Assembly (NCBI GenBank): GCA_964106915.2
Contig: OZ066917.1
Strand: one strand, 5' to 3'
Length of the DNA: 64,000 nt
Origin: Podarcis gaigeae
Taxonomy: Eukaryota
Within the stretch, counting starts at the first letter, position 1. Each line of letters opens with the position of its first letter. Both the position numbers and the translations under genes were made by a program. Of the stretch, positions 1 through 38,980 are shown piece by piece. The notes beneath the pieces were generated by a model. It was not told the DNA's origin and made no database searches. It saw only the letters and a program-made list of their open reading frames with translations.

Positions 1-42
1 GCGTGTTATGGTCGGGTGCGTGTTATAGAGCGAAAAATACGG
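1..42. mobile_element. End of a Tc1/Mariner-type MITE
   Basis: ...tatagagcgaaaaatacgg followed by TA; same TIR as 22652-23459. Confidence 0.7.
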
Positions 43-1230
43 TACTTTAGGTGTTTGTATCCCACTGTATTTAGTGGGATCTATTGCCATGTCTACAGGA
101 TTGTAGCCTTACTTATTCTCTGCAAGTAGGTGGATGGTTGTTTGCTTTGTAGTAATCTTGCTCTTGCATTCATTTTCTATTGCTCTCTGTCTCTGTCTGT
201 GTCACTTCGTGTTGTGCTCATTTTCTACTTGCCGTATGGGTAGGAAGGCTTTCCTACCCATATAGCAGAATGTGGTGGCAGATTGGACTGTACCATTGCA
301 GAATGCTCCCCTACGTGAAAATATCCTTGCAAGTAGAAAATGAGCACAACACAAAGTGACCCAGGCTATAACATTAGTTCCTAACATGTTAGTTTTGTTC
401 TGCATTTACTTGCGGGGAGGCTTCGTGTGGCATTCCAGTTATCATGTGGCAAGCACTCAAAATGGTATTCAGTGCCTGTTCCTTTTTCAGCATAATATTA
501 TATGTCTGTTCTGCCCTTTAGTCTGCCATAGCCATAGACCAGACTTCGGTAAATAAGAGTCTGGAGTCAACTTGGCAGATAGTGCCTCAGCAATACCTCG
601 TGTTTTGCTCTGACGGTTGCTGGGGAGCAGCACCAGGAAAGGGCTGTTGCCCTCATGTCTTGCTTGTGAGATTCCTAGAGCCATCTGGCTGGACACAGTG
701 GGGAACAGGATGCTGGAGTAGGATAGGCTTTTGGTCTGATTTGGCAGGTGTCAAATAACCCAAGTTGCTTCATCTTCAAAATGTCTTTACGAGGAACCCA
801 TCCCTTAATTATGTCTACCTGATGGATTGGGTAGTCAGGTAATATTTCAGTGCTTTTATATTGCTGCTTAAAAAATACCGCAGTAATGAAAGGTCACAAT
901 AACCGAAGAAATACCACAGTAATTCACCATAACAGAGACTACCTTCAGAAGTGAAATAACAGGTTCTGCTGCCCCAATTGCATTCAATAGTGGTATGCAT
1001 CTACAAAGGGCTATTGAAGCAGGCATTAAACTACTAAAACAGAAAAAGTCATGGGCAGTTTGTTACTAAAGTTTGTATGTTACTGCAGATTCTTGGATTG
1101 GTCTGAATTTGTTTGTACAACACTCACTTTCAATATACTTTTGTGTTATTTTTCCTTTTGAATTTGAAAACTTTCCTTGCCACATTTGGTATCTTGCTCA
1201 GTTCTCCCCTCTCTTCCTTTCTTATGTCAG

Positions 1231-24741
<23,511 letters not shown>

Positions 24742-25170
24742 CAAATCTCCCAGGCAGTTCATGTTACACCAAAGCGCATCTTGCAACATTAAGTTTTTTG
24801 GACTATTTTGATACATTTTCAGTTGAAGAGCTTTAAAACCAAAACACATTTAATGTGGTTTTGACATTTGTTTTCTTGAATGTAATTTAGGAAGAAAAGG
24901 CCATCTTCCCTATGAATACTGCTGCAGATGTGTTAATATTTCAAAGACAAAAAGCTGAACTCCTGGTTTGAAAGTGCCGTCTGGCTACCGACTACAGGTT
25001 TTATGTATAGTTGCCTTTTTTGCACTAATACCGAATACTTGTTTCAATGCTGGTAATTGAAACCATTAATATATTAATATATACAAATCAAGACATCAAG
25101 ATTTGTATGTCTTGCTGAATGTTCAGTGTACATGGACTCTGCTTTTCATGTCTCTGTGTGTGCACATTTC

Positions 25171-25176
25171 AATAAA
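25171..25176 (+). terminator. Probable TBC1D8 polyadenylation signal
   Basis: AATAAA about 430 nt after the stop, followed by T-rich sequence. Confidence 0.65.
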
Positions 25177-25448
25177 AATGCCTTTGTAACTTTTGCTTTT
25201 CAAATAGCACCTTCACCTTCAAAATGAATCTGCAGTCACTCACTCTTCCATATTGCTGTGTTGCTCCTGGACCATCAAAGGGCTGAGGCTGACAGGAGTT
25301 GCAGTCAACAGAAGACCAAAGATTTAATTTCACATCCTAGGGAGCTTTGTGAAGAAATATTAGCCAGCCAGTTTGGGAGCCAAAGCAACCTGAATCGCCT
25401 CATAACTAGACTTTAAAAAAGACTTGCGTAAAGTAATGTCATAACATT

Positions 25449-25454
25449 TTTATT
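25449..25454 (-). terminator. RPL31 polyadenylation signal
   Basis: AATAAA 11 nt after the stop codon; a very short 3' UTR is typical of ribosomal protein mRNAs. Confidence 0.85.
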
Positions 25455-25465
25455 GTAATGAAAGA

Positions 25466-29011
<3,546 letters not shown>

Positions 29012-29045
29012 TCAAAACACAAAAAGCCTTGCTTTACACAGCACA

Positions 29046-29421
29046 ATAGTAGCTCCACAAAGCAATGATAAGAGCAAAAATGACAGAAACAGACATCTGC
29101 CAAATGCAGAGGCTCTGAGTTCAGCATTTCCTCCTTTTGGAATAGATGGCCTAGATTTTTAGGCCATCCAGTATGTAAAGCCACCATTTTAGTTGTTGAC
29201 TAAAATTCTAAAAAGACTTTGAAAAGCCTGGTCGCAGTCTCTCCTTGTGTTCTCTGACATGCTATTAATATTTAGATGACAGGCAAATACATTAGTCTTC
29301 TTCCAGGCCTCTGGATAACTGAACAATCCATGGCCTTTAAAACTGTTGGGGGAATTATTGTTTTCGATTGCTACTGTTATGTATTTTTTTGTTTCTATAT
29401 TGTTAACCACCCTGTGATCCT
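29046..29421 (+). pseudogene. Degenerate duplicate of TBC1D8 exon 8 (3' part) and start of intron 8, inside RPL31 intron 1
   Basis: Colinear with 12763-13121; translates IVAPQSNDKSKNDRNRHLPNAEALSSAFPPFGIDGLDF* versus IVASQSNNGNENDSSSRHLLNAEALSSAFHPSGIDGLDFRM. Confidence 0.9.
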
Positions 29422-29551
29422 AATCATATAAAGGAGTCCTTCTCATCCATGACACTTGTCTCTGACCATTCATGTGCAAGAACACAGTACCTGAACAGGT
29501 AACAAATACCTCCACAGAAGTGAAACTAGCTCTGCTAATACCTTCTATTTA

Positions 29552-29886
29552 CAGTTTTTTCGCCCCATAGGACACACTTTTCCCCCTCCAAAAATGAAGG
29601 GGAAATGTGTGTGCGTCCTATGGGGCGTATGCAGGCTTTCGCTGAAGCCTGGAGAGCGAGAGGAATTGGTGCGCACCAACCCCTCTCGCTCTCCAGGCTT
29701 CAGGAAGCTATCCGCAAGCCTTGCAAGCCCGGCGGGAGTTCCCACGGGCTCACAAGGCTTGCGGGCAGCAGCCTGCAGCCCCGCCGAGTGTCCGCAAGCC
29801 TTGCGTGCCCGGCGGGAGGTCCCGCTGAACACGCGAGGCTTGGGGCAGCGGAGGGCTCCCCGTGCTTCGGGCGACGAAAAATACGG
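29552..29886. mobile_element. Shorter relative of the 22652 Tc1/Mariner MITE
   Basis: Shared first ~70 nt and internal palindrome; ends gaaaaatacgg followed by TA. Confidence 0.82.
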
Positions 29887-31199
29887 TATATGCAATGCCT
29901 GTAGCATGTCAAAGCACTTCAAATAGACTACCCCATTAATGCTAACATAAACTTTGTGAGCCAGGTGAATATTATCATACTTCAACTGTGGGAGGATTCA
30001 GAAATAGTGGCTTACCTTAGGCCACCAACTTGTTCATAAAATTCAGCATGGCTCCCACTCTTCACCACCACTGCACAAATCCCCTAAAGCTTCCAGTTTA
30101 TTAACGCCAGTGTCTTATTTTCTCCCAGCCTCCCTGTCATGCTGAGAGTCCACAGTTGCTAAAATTACTTTACTACACAACAAGCAGCTGACTCTGCTGC
30201 ATCTCAAAAATGTTTTTTTTAACAGAACAGCCCTGTCGGATCATGCCAATAGCCCATCTAGTAAAATATCCTGTTCTGACCAGATGCCTGTGGAAAATCT
30301 GCAATCAGGATCTGAGCATCTAATGTGGACATTTAAAAAAAGACAGAAAAAGAAAAGGCAGATATACTTTCAAACTTGTGCCACAATCTGAAAGTACGCT
30401 TGCAACTCCAGCATTGTGAATGGAAAGATTCTTCCTTTGTGCCATCTACTCCCTGCCTTTACTCTCCTCTATATGCTCTAGTTCCACTAATAACAGGAAA
30501 GTGCCAACAAGATTAGAGTTGCAATGGTGTGATTTAGGGACAATGGGGGGACCCTCCTACCCCCCCAAAAAAATATAGCCCGTGAGGGAAAAGCAGAGCC
30601 AGTAATCCAAGAACGCTGAGTATCAGCTAGAATGCCAAGATGAGCTCTCCTGGATCAGGCCAAAGGCCCATATAGATCAACATGCTGCTCTCATAATGGC
30701 CAAGCAGGTGGTTTATGTGAAGGCCACAAAGAGAACCAGAGTGGAAGAGCTGTTGCAGCTGTAGCACTTTTTTTTTGCGGGGGGACATAAAAATGCTGTG
30801 GTTGTGTGTGTATACACACACACACAGACAGAATTTATAGAACAGCAGCAGCTTTAAGTTATCTTATGCCACACAGCAGTCTTGGAGTAGAAAGCCCGGT
30901 TTGAGTTTCTTACACCTTGAGTTTCGTGAAGGGAGGCCCGGCTCAAACTCTGCCAGAAGATACAAACTAATATTCTGTTGAAGACCCCCCCTTTATGAGA
31001 ATATAGTACTGCAAGTTGTAAGAATACAGCACTGAAACATGATTCAGCGCCATACGCACAACGTGCAAACGGTACCAAACTATTGCTTCCTCACACAAAA
31101 TGTTAATTAACACTAAAGGCGAAAACTCCTGCCCCCAATTTTCACTAATATGAATGGAATTGCCGGGTTTTGTTTCAGTTGGCTTTTGAGGCTGCAAAC

Positions 31200-31835
31200 A
31201 CACATCCCCATGTCCTCTACGACACGCGTGCCCAAAAAACAGTCCTTCTGGACCGCCTCACTTCCCTCTAAGTCCTATGGCTTTAGTCCTCACTGCCTTT
31301 TCAGGTAATATCAGGCCAGGCTGGAGCCACGGCGGCAGCGGCGGGGGGAGGGAAGGAATCTCAATCCCGCCAGGCGAGATTTCAAGGCCAGGCCTAGAAA
31401 TACCCGTCCCCCAATACTCCTCAGCGCCCCAGTCAGCCACCCAACCCGGGCTCTCGCCATTGCGAGGCCCACAGAAGCGGATGGCTTCGGATAACAAGAA
31501 CCGCTCCCAGCGCAGCTACTTACCCTGCTCAGGACCAAACCAGAAAGGAAGGCGCCGGGGCTTATGGGAGGAAACCAAGGAACCCGGAACAGCCATAGAG
31601 ACGGCGAATGCAAATACGAGGAGCGCTTCCGGGTCAGGAACCACCAGTTGCTAAGCGGCGCTCCCAGAGGGGATAGCGGCAGGAGGTTGGGCCGTCTCTA
31701 TGGCGGGCACGTTGGAGGAGGAGGAGGAGCTAGTAACGCTTTAAAAAATTGTTCCCCCTCCCCGCCCGCGCACCATTTCCTTAGAGGTGTCAGCTGCTTA
31801 ATGGAGTCTTAATGGTTTGGTGGCGGCGGTGATGC
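31200..31835. promoter_or_regulatory. CpG island / RPL31 promoter
   Basis: CpG-dense; ETS/GABP-like CCGGAAG (minus, ~31626-31632); YY1-like ATGGC cores near 31456-31485 and ~31700; TCT/TOP initiator. Confidence 0.8.
31524..31552 (-). other. RPL31: RPL31 non-coding exon 1 with 5'TOP tract
   Basis: Minus strand CCTTCCTTTCTGGTTTGGTCCTGAGCAGG|gtaagt: oligopyrimidine start and perfect donor inside the CpG island. Confidence 0.88.
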
Positions 31836-33334
31836 AACATCATAAAGGATCTCTACTGCCTGTGATAAATGTGATTTTAAAAATCACGGCGGTTTTTTTT
31901 TGTTTTGCTTGATTACCGTGGTTATCATGAACACCCCCAAATTGCAAACTAGGGCAGAGAGCGGCTCACACCAACTTTGCACTGTATGCAATTGCAGTCG
32001 GCTGCCGTTATTCCCACACTGCGGTCCAATATTTTGGTGTGTGTGCATTTTTGTGGTGCAGTCCTATGGGAATCCCATGCCAAGATATGAGCGGAACAGG
32101 CCCCCACTCCTGTTTTTATAAAGCCCAGTCACAGATATTCAGAGGCATACACTGGAGGAATCATCATGATATAACCTTTAAAAGCTGCCCTAGCGGTTGT
32201 GCCATGTGAAGAACCAAGTTTGGTCTGTCCTGAATCCCCTGTCCTTCTTAAAATCATAGACACACTGATTCTGGTATCATGACAGAGGATGGAAACACCT
32301 GCTTATCCCCTGTCTCCACACCAGTATCCCATCTCCCAGTCCACTTTCTTTTCCGACTCCTGTAACAGTGGTCAAGCAGCTTCCTTGCAACTGGATTGGC
32401 AGCCCAGTATATTGCCAATCTCCTATTTACTGAAGTCAGGACTGAAAAATGGGACCCTGATTTCAGAACAGTTATGCATCTGGGACTCCCCCACATGCTT
32501 GTCAGCTGTAGCCTGGGCTTAATTTGTTCCCTTCGAATTATGACTGCGTGCATGCTTCTAAGTAAACCACGGGTGGCTAAACCTGTAGTCCTCCAAATGT
32601 TGATGGACTCACAATTTGCATCCGCTCCAGTCAGCATTGTCAACAGCCATGAATTGTGGGAGTTGTAGTCCAGCAAGATTTGGAAGACCACAAGTAATTA
32701 GCCACCCCAGTAGACGATAGAAGAACCCAAGACGCTTACTTTTTAAAGGTACACTTATGCCCCCTCTCTAACCTAACACACAACTTGGGAATCTTTACTT
32801 TTATTAAGCATGTTTAGAGCTGCAGCCAGGATCTCTGGATGCAAGAACAACAATCTTACATCAGAAATGTGCTCTGATCTCAATACATTTGTTTGACTTT
32901 TAGATGTTTTGAGACTTTATTATCAAGGTTCCAATGTGTGATAACTGCTTTTCAGCCCTATAAAAAGCTTGTTTGAGAGGGAGCCAAATTCTAGATTAAA
33001 GGTGTTAGACATCAACTCTTCATCCTTTGCTAGGGACAATTGCTTGTTATTCCTAGAGGATTGTTTAAAGCAGGAATACAATTCTTCCCTCCCAGGTGTG
33101 TGCTTGCAGTCATAATTTTCTCAAGGTACTGATAGAAACAGATATGCACATCCAAATTGTGATGCTCCTCCAGACCCTATCAACCTATGGTGGTTTGAAA
33201 TGGCATGCACAAACTCTACAATGGGATCAATTGTTGTGCAAAACCTTTGTTGTGTGTTGTGTTGAGGCCGGTGAGTTTGTTACAACCTAGCTGGAAAGGC
33301 TGTGATCAGGCAATGCAATTCAAAATTACCTATA

Positions 33335-33569
33335 CAGTGGTACCTCTGCTTAAGTACTTAATTCGTTCTGGAGGTCTGTTCTTAACCTGAAACTGTTCTT
33401 AACTTGAAGCACCACTTTAGCTAATGGGGCCTCCCGCTGCTGCTGCTGCTACCGTGCCACCGCTGCACGATTTCTGTTTTCATCCTGAAGCAAAGTTCTT
33501 AACCCGAGGTACTATTTCTGGGTTAGTGGAGTCTGTAACCTGAAGCGTATGTAACCCGAGGTACCACTG
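33335..33569. mobile_element. Tigger-like MITE
   Basis: cagtggtacctc TIRs; TA TSD. Confidence 0.88.
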
Positions 33570-33786
33570 TACTATGCGGCAAAACTGATTGATCTACCAG
33601 CCCCAACAAAGCATACACAAGTAAAAGTAACTAAATATAACTAAATTTTTACAAAATAGTGTTTTACTGCAGAATGCATTGCATACAGCCTCATGTACCA
33701 TTTGCAGTAGCCACAGGTGTAGTAAAATTCTCACTGCATGGAAAGAGGCTATGGACAAAAGTGGTATGTAAGTAAAAGAGTAAACA

Positions 33787-34105
33787 GGTAAAGGACCCCT
33801 GGATGGTTAAAAGTCCAGTCAAAGGCGCTCCTCTCGCTTCAGGACTAGGGAGCTGGCGTTTGTCCACAGACAACTTTCCAGGTCATGTGGCCAGCATGAC
33901 TAAACCGCTTCTGGCGCAACAGAACACCGTGACTGAAGCCAGAGTGCATGGAAATGCCGTTTACCTTCCTGCCGCAGCGATACCTATTTACCTACTTGTA
34001 CTGGTGTGCTTTCGAACTGCAAAAGGAGCTCATCCCCATCAAGCGGATTTGAACACCTGAACTTCCGATTGGCAGTGATTTAGACCACAGCGCCAGCCAC
34101 ATCCC
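33787..34105 (-). mobile_element. Sauria SINE (degenerate)
   Basis: ggtcatgtggccagcatgactaa core; [14 protein letters not shown]. Confidence 0.82.
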
Positions 34106-34533
34106 ATAGCGGTATGTATGCTGCAGTAAGTTCCCCGTAGTAACAAGATACTTCTATCCACCAAACACCATACCAAATGCTCAATACTTCATAAATTGTT
34201 GCATAAATAAGCGCTGCAACAGACCCTACCCATCAAATATCAACATGTCAACAGACTGTAAAACAATGAAAAATGAAAAGGAAAGGTTAGCAAAAAGCCC
34301 ACCTCAGGCTAGTCACTTGTTTCATATAAGCTTGGTGCAAAGGGTGCTGTATTAACAACTCTCTGCAGGCACCCATATGTCCAAGCTAAAAGCCTGAAGC
34401 TATAGTTCTATATTTCAGTTTGTTTTTTACAAACTCTTAACTCACAAAAAAGCATGGAGGGGAAAAAGCTTTTCGCTTGTGAAATGAGCTCGTCTTTCAT
34501 AAACAAAATAATGTTCACATAATCCCATATAAT

Positions 34534-34539
34534 TTTATT
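34534..34539 (-). terminator. Probable distal NPAS2 polyA signal
   Basis: AATAAA about 1 kb after the stop, with GT-rich downstream sequence; further AATAAA at 35035-35040 and 35104-35109. Confidence 0.55.
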
Positions 34540-35569
34540 TTATATAGAAATAGGTCAAGGTTGGGGTTTCGTTTTGTTTACAACAACTTTTTTTATACGC
34601 TACTTATTGAATAATTACATAAAATCTTTTTTTAGAAACATCAACATAAAGCATACAAAAGTGCAACGCTTTGGAGGAAAAGTCAAACCTAAACGTAGTA
34701 ATGAAAGATATGTAATACAGTTGCAGCATTTTTCCACTTAATGGGCTGTAACACAGTGCATATTCTTCAGGTGTTTGTTCTATGAACAGTTGTGAGGGGG
34801 CTGTTCAGTTAGTAGAAAAGATTCTCTTGAAAGTGTTTAAAGAGCATGACTAGTACATTGGAATAATAGCTGCATGATTGTGCTTCGGTTCACTGTTTAC
34901 AATTGTAGTTCACTAAGTAAATAGGAAAATGTCCAGTGTAATTTCTTTGAAACATTAGAAATAGCAAGAGGGAGAGGTAACAAGTTTAATACTTTCAGGT
35001 TATGAGTCCAAGGTCTATAAACTGCAGGGTGCTTTTTATTTAAATAATGGACAACATGTTCTCTCTCTCACTGGAAGTGCTTATCTGGCCATCAGAACAA
35101 ACTTTTATTCACCGAAAGTGCTAAGTTATGCCTTTTGTGCAGTTGTGCAAAATAATAATAATATTAATAAAAATAATCTCTCATTCTCTCAATAGATTTT
35201 CTCTGAACCAGTGCTTTTCATATTCAAAAGATCAAAATAGTGAAGGCCAAGTAACTCTTTTTCTTTTTTGGAACAGCCAGAATACTTTCTGGTCAAAATA
35301 GTCAGACAAATCGGCTACCAACACATACCAGTTTGCACATGATGGTATGTATTAGCATTAATATACATAATGTAGTCACAAAATAGTGCAAACATCTGCA
35401 AAATAATTCCCGTTCCTTTCCTATTGCACTATCCACCAAGGTCTGTGCTTGGTAATCTCTTTACATCACAAAACTCTGAAATGAACACATATGCAAATGC
35501 TGGCTTCCCTCCTGCCCAGTCACCCACCATTCAATAAAGCTAAATGTGTACTGATTGTTACAGCAGATT

Positions 35570-35752
35570 CTACTGCAGATGTTGTTGCATGTTGGAGGAT
35601 TCAGGCAAACCGGCAGTCCTCCTGGCAGCAGGTTCTTGCTGCTGTTGCTGTGACTGCATATGATGGTACTCTACGCTTTCTTCCTGTTGAGGGTAGGAAG
35701 GCATGAGCAAAGAATCTGCCTGCTCACTGTGCAAAGGGCCTGCAGTCTCTAC
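35570..35752 (-). CDS. NPAS2: NPAS2 exon 21, coding part (last exon)
   Basis: tag|GTA; [23 protein letters not shown]...[12 protein letters not shown]. Confidence 0.9.
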   Translation of the reverse strand, partial: VETAGPLHSEQADSLLMPSYPQQEESVEYHHMQSQQQQQEPAARRTAGLPESSNMQQHLQ

Positions 35753-36234
35753 CTATATGTGAAACAAAATTGGATGCCGTCAAATAATGGTTTAGCAGAT
35801 CAAAAACAGTAGTTCTGTTAATTAATAATAATAATTTATTTGTACCCCATCCATCTGCCACTCTGGGCAGCTTCCAGGATATATAAAAACACAGTAAAAC
35901 ATTATACCTTAAAATTCTTCCCTTTATAGGGCTGCCTTCAGATGTTTCCTAAATGTTTCATAATTACTTATCTCCTTAACATCCAATGGGAGGGCATTCC
36001 ACAGGGTGGGCGCCACTACTGAGAAGTGCCCTCTGCTTATATGGAAAAACTTTGCTATGGAACTGTTGCTGATGGACTAGGATCAATAGTTTGCAGAACA
36101 CTTAAAATGTGCTTAGCTAAGTCAATGAATGAAGCTTTGCGCCATTTATGCAAGGATTGCAAGGTTGGTGGCCCTTGTATATTTTTTGGATTTTATATTG
36201 TTAGAAAAAAACAATTCTTGGGAAATGGCAATGG

Positions 36235-36288
<54 letters not shown>

Positions 36289-38936
36289 GTGAATGTGATG
36301 GCCCCTTTGTGTATTTTTTCCCCTGGTACTGCAGAATGCTCCCTGTTGTCATGAGCAACAGCACTCTTGTGTTTGTGGAACATCAGTATTGTGTGATCTC
36401 CGCAATCAGGACCAGGAGAACATAGGTGACTTCCTGTAGCAAATAAGAGGTAGTCTGTGGAGGGAGGATGGGAAACAGCAATGACTGTACTCTCTCTAGT
36501 TTTGCGCCATGCCATGCCTCGCCTCCATGGCTGCCATGTTGTGTTATACTGCACTCCCATAGCAGTCATTGTGTGCCAGGGAGGCAGTGGAAGACAGGAG
36601 TGCCTGGTGTGCTCTGGTCCATGGGGTCACGAAGAGTCGGACACGACTAAACGACTAAGCAACAACAACCACTGGTATGAAAAGGTTGTGGCCCTTGATT
36701 TATGCGAACGAGAACTTTTTGATAAGCTCTAGTTGTCAGAAATTTAGTCAATCACAAAATGCAAGTGGATTTTCCCTACTCATTTCGTCCAATAATTGGG
36801 CTTCCTTTTCTGTCCTCCATTGGCAATGCTCATTAATTCCACTTTCTCTTTCAATGGTTTCATCACAATCATGTTTGTCATGGGCACATATGAAAATACT
36901 TGCAGCACAATCCTAGGTATGTTTATTCAGAAATATGTCCCACTAAGTTCAATGGGGCTTAACTTAATTCATAGTAAAAAAAATTAGGACTGTAGTATTC
37001 AAATTTGTTATATAAACTGCCCTTGGCTAATGGCCTCTTACTGTCAACAACCTTCTGTTGTGGGCATGTTTTGTATTTCTATAGTATAAATGAATAAATT
37101 ATTTATTTATTCATTTATACCCTGCCTTTTCCGCCTATGGGACTCCATTTTATCTTATTGCCACACTTCATGTTTACCATTTTAGTGGGAGGAATGATGG
37201 CTGTTTGTTTTTTAAAAGGGAAGTTACTGGCTATAAAGCCAAAAGCAGTCAATGACAATACAATAATTATTCAGGGAGCTTTTGTGTTGCAAAAGGAAAA
37301 AAACAAAAGGAACAAGGAAATTAGCAGGATCCATAAAACAAAAGGAAATACACCAGACACTCACATTGTGCTGGAGTTAGATTTAGAACCTGGTGTCCCA
37401 ATGCAAAGTTTCCAGCATAATCAAATGTGTCTGCTCCAGATCACATATTGACGTGCATAAAATGTGAGCAGTTGTTTCCAATACACAGAAGCCACAATCT
37501 CCTGAAACCTAACTTCCTCAGTGATATTCCAAATCAGGAGCACAGTCAACTCAGAATTGTATCCAAAGCAGAGGCTATTATTGACGGGGAGTCTGAGTTC
37601 CTTCATCATATTTAAAAGGCACATAGAATTATATAGACTTTTATATATAATTATATAGAATTATAAAAGGCACATAGAATTATATAGAGTCAGCTGAGCT
37701 TTGGACTTATGTTGGTAAGAAAACAAAATGGATAGAATATTCAGGTAGGATTTTAAGACACCCTTGGTAATATGCCAAGACACTCCAGTGTATTCTGGGC
37801 CTGAGTTGGGAGTCACTAAGAGTTTTGTATAGGGATTATTGGTTATGAAACTCCATTTGTCAAGGTTCAATGGTCTAGCAGCTGCTTTGTGTGCAGATGA
37901 TCCCTGCCATCTGAAATCTTGGAGAGTCGCAGAATATACTGAGCAAGATGGACCAATAGGCAGCTAGCTTCCTGTATTCCTATTCCTGCCTATGGTTACT
38001 TTATTTGGGAATATGAGACCTAACATTAGACTGCAACCTAGACAACTATCGACTAATTTACAGAGGGTATTTAAAGAAATAAAGAAAACATCTTACATCA
38101 AAAACCTGACAGTACCTAACTACCGAAGGCTTTTCACCAAAGCCAGACCTAAATGTCTTTCCCTCTGCAGTGTTGGATGGTAGGTTGAGAGGAGTTCCCT
38201 ACCAGGACAGACTTTGCTTGTGTGCTCAAGACATCGATTCCATAAATCATATTTTGTTGCATTGTGCAAAATATGAGCAGGCAAGGGCTGAACTGATACT
38301 ACCCTTGCTGGCACCTTTCCTGGGAAGATCGGAGGCCCACTATGTCAGGTTCCTACTGGAGGACCGGACAAATGCTGGAACGTTAGCAGTGGCAAAGTTT
38401 TTATCGGTGGTTGTAAGAACAAATGAGCCCTAAATTCTGAACAAAATGCTTGGTTAACTTGGAGGTAGGCTGTATGAATTGTGTATTGATTTGTAATGAT
38501 TTGTTGGGTCTCTGGACCGTAATAAAGATTGATTGATATTAGAACTGCAATACACCCCTAAAAATGTACATCTAGAAGTGCTAGCTGTCGCTCAAGAACA
38601 TTAATAAATCAGTTGGACATCTGATATAGATAACTGAAGAAATATTTTTGTTGTTTATGTACTTCCTGCATTTTCATTGTGAGTTCTTGTATTATTATTT
38701 TTTAACATTCCTAATAAAAAAAGGTTTATAAACAACCATGTCATATTTCTTCTGCCATTCTTAAAATAATGTGAGGTTCTTTATCACTTTATGAATAACT
38801 ACACAATTTAATTAAAAATATTTTTTAAAAAACAAAAAAAAACCCTGTATGCCGCCCCTGCAGCTGAAAAAAATACTTTCAGGGCGGCTTACCCATTTAG
38901 GTACTGTCAGTTCTGTTGCAGCCCACCTGAAGGTAG

Positions 38937-38980
<44 letters not shown>

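Noticed and set aside
31258-31812. ORFs in the CpG island as a divergent coding gene
   Set aside because: Low-complexity GC-rich frames with no homology or splice support.
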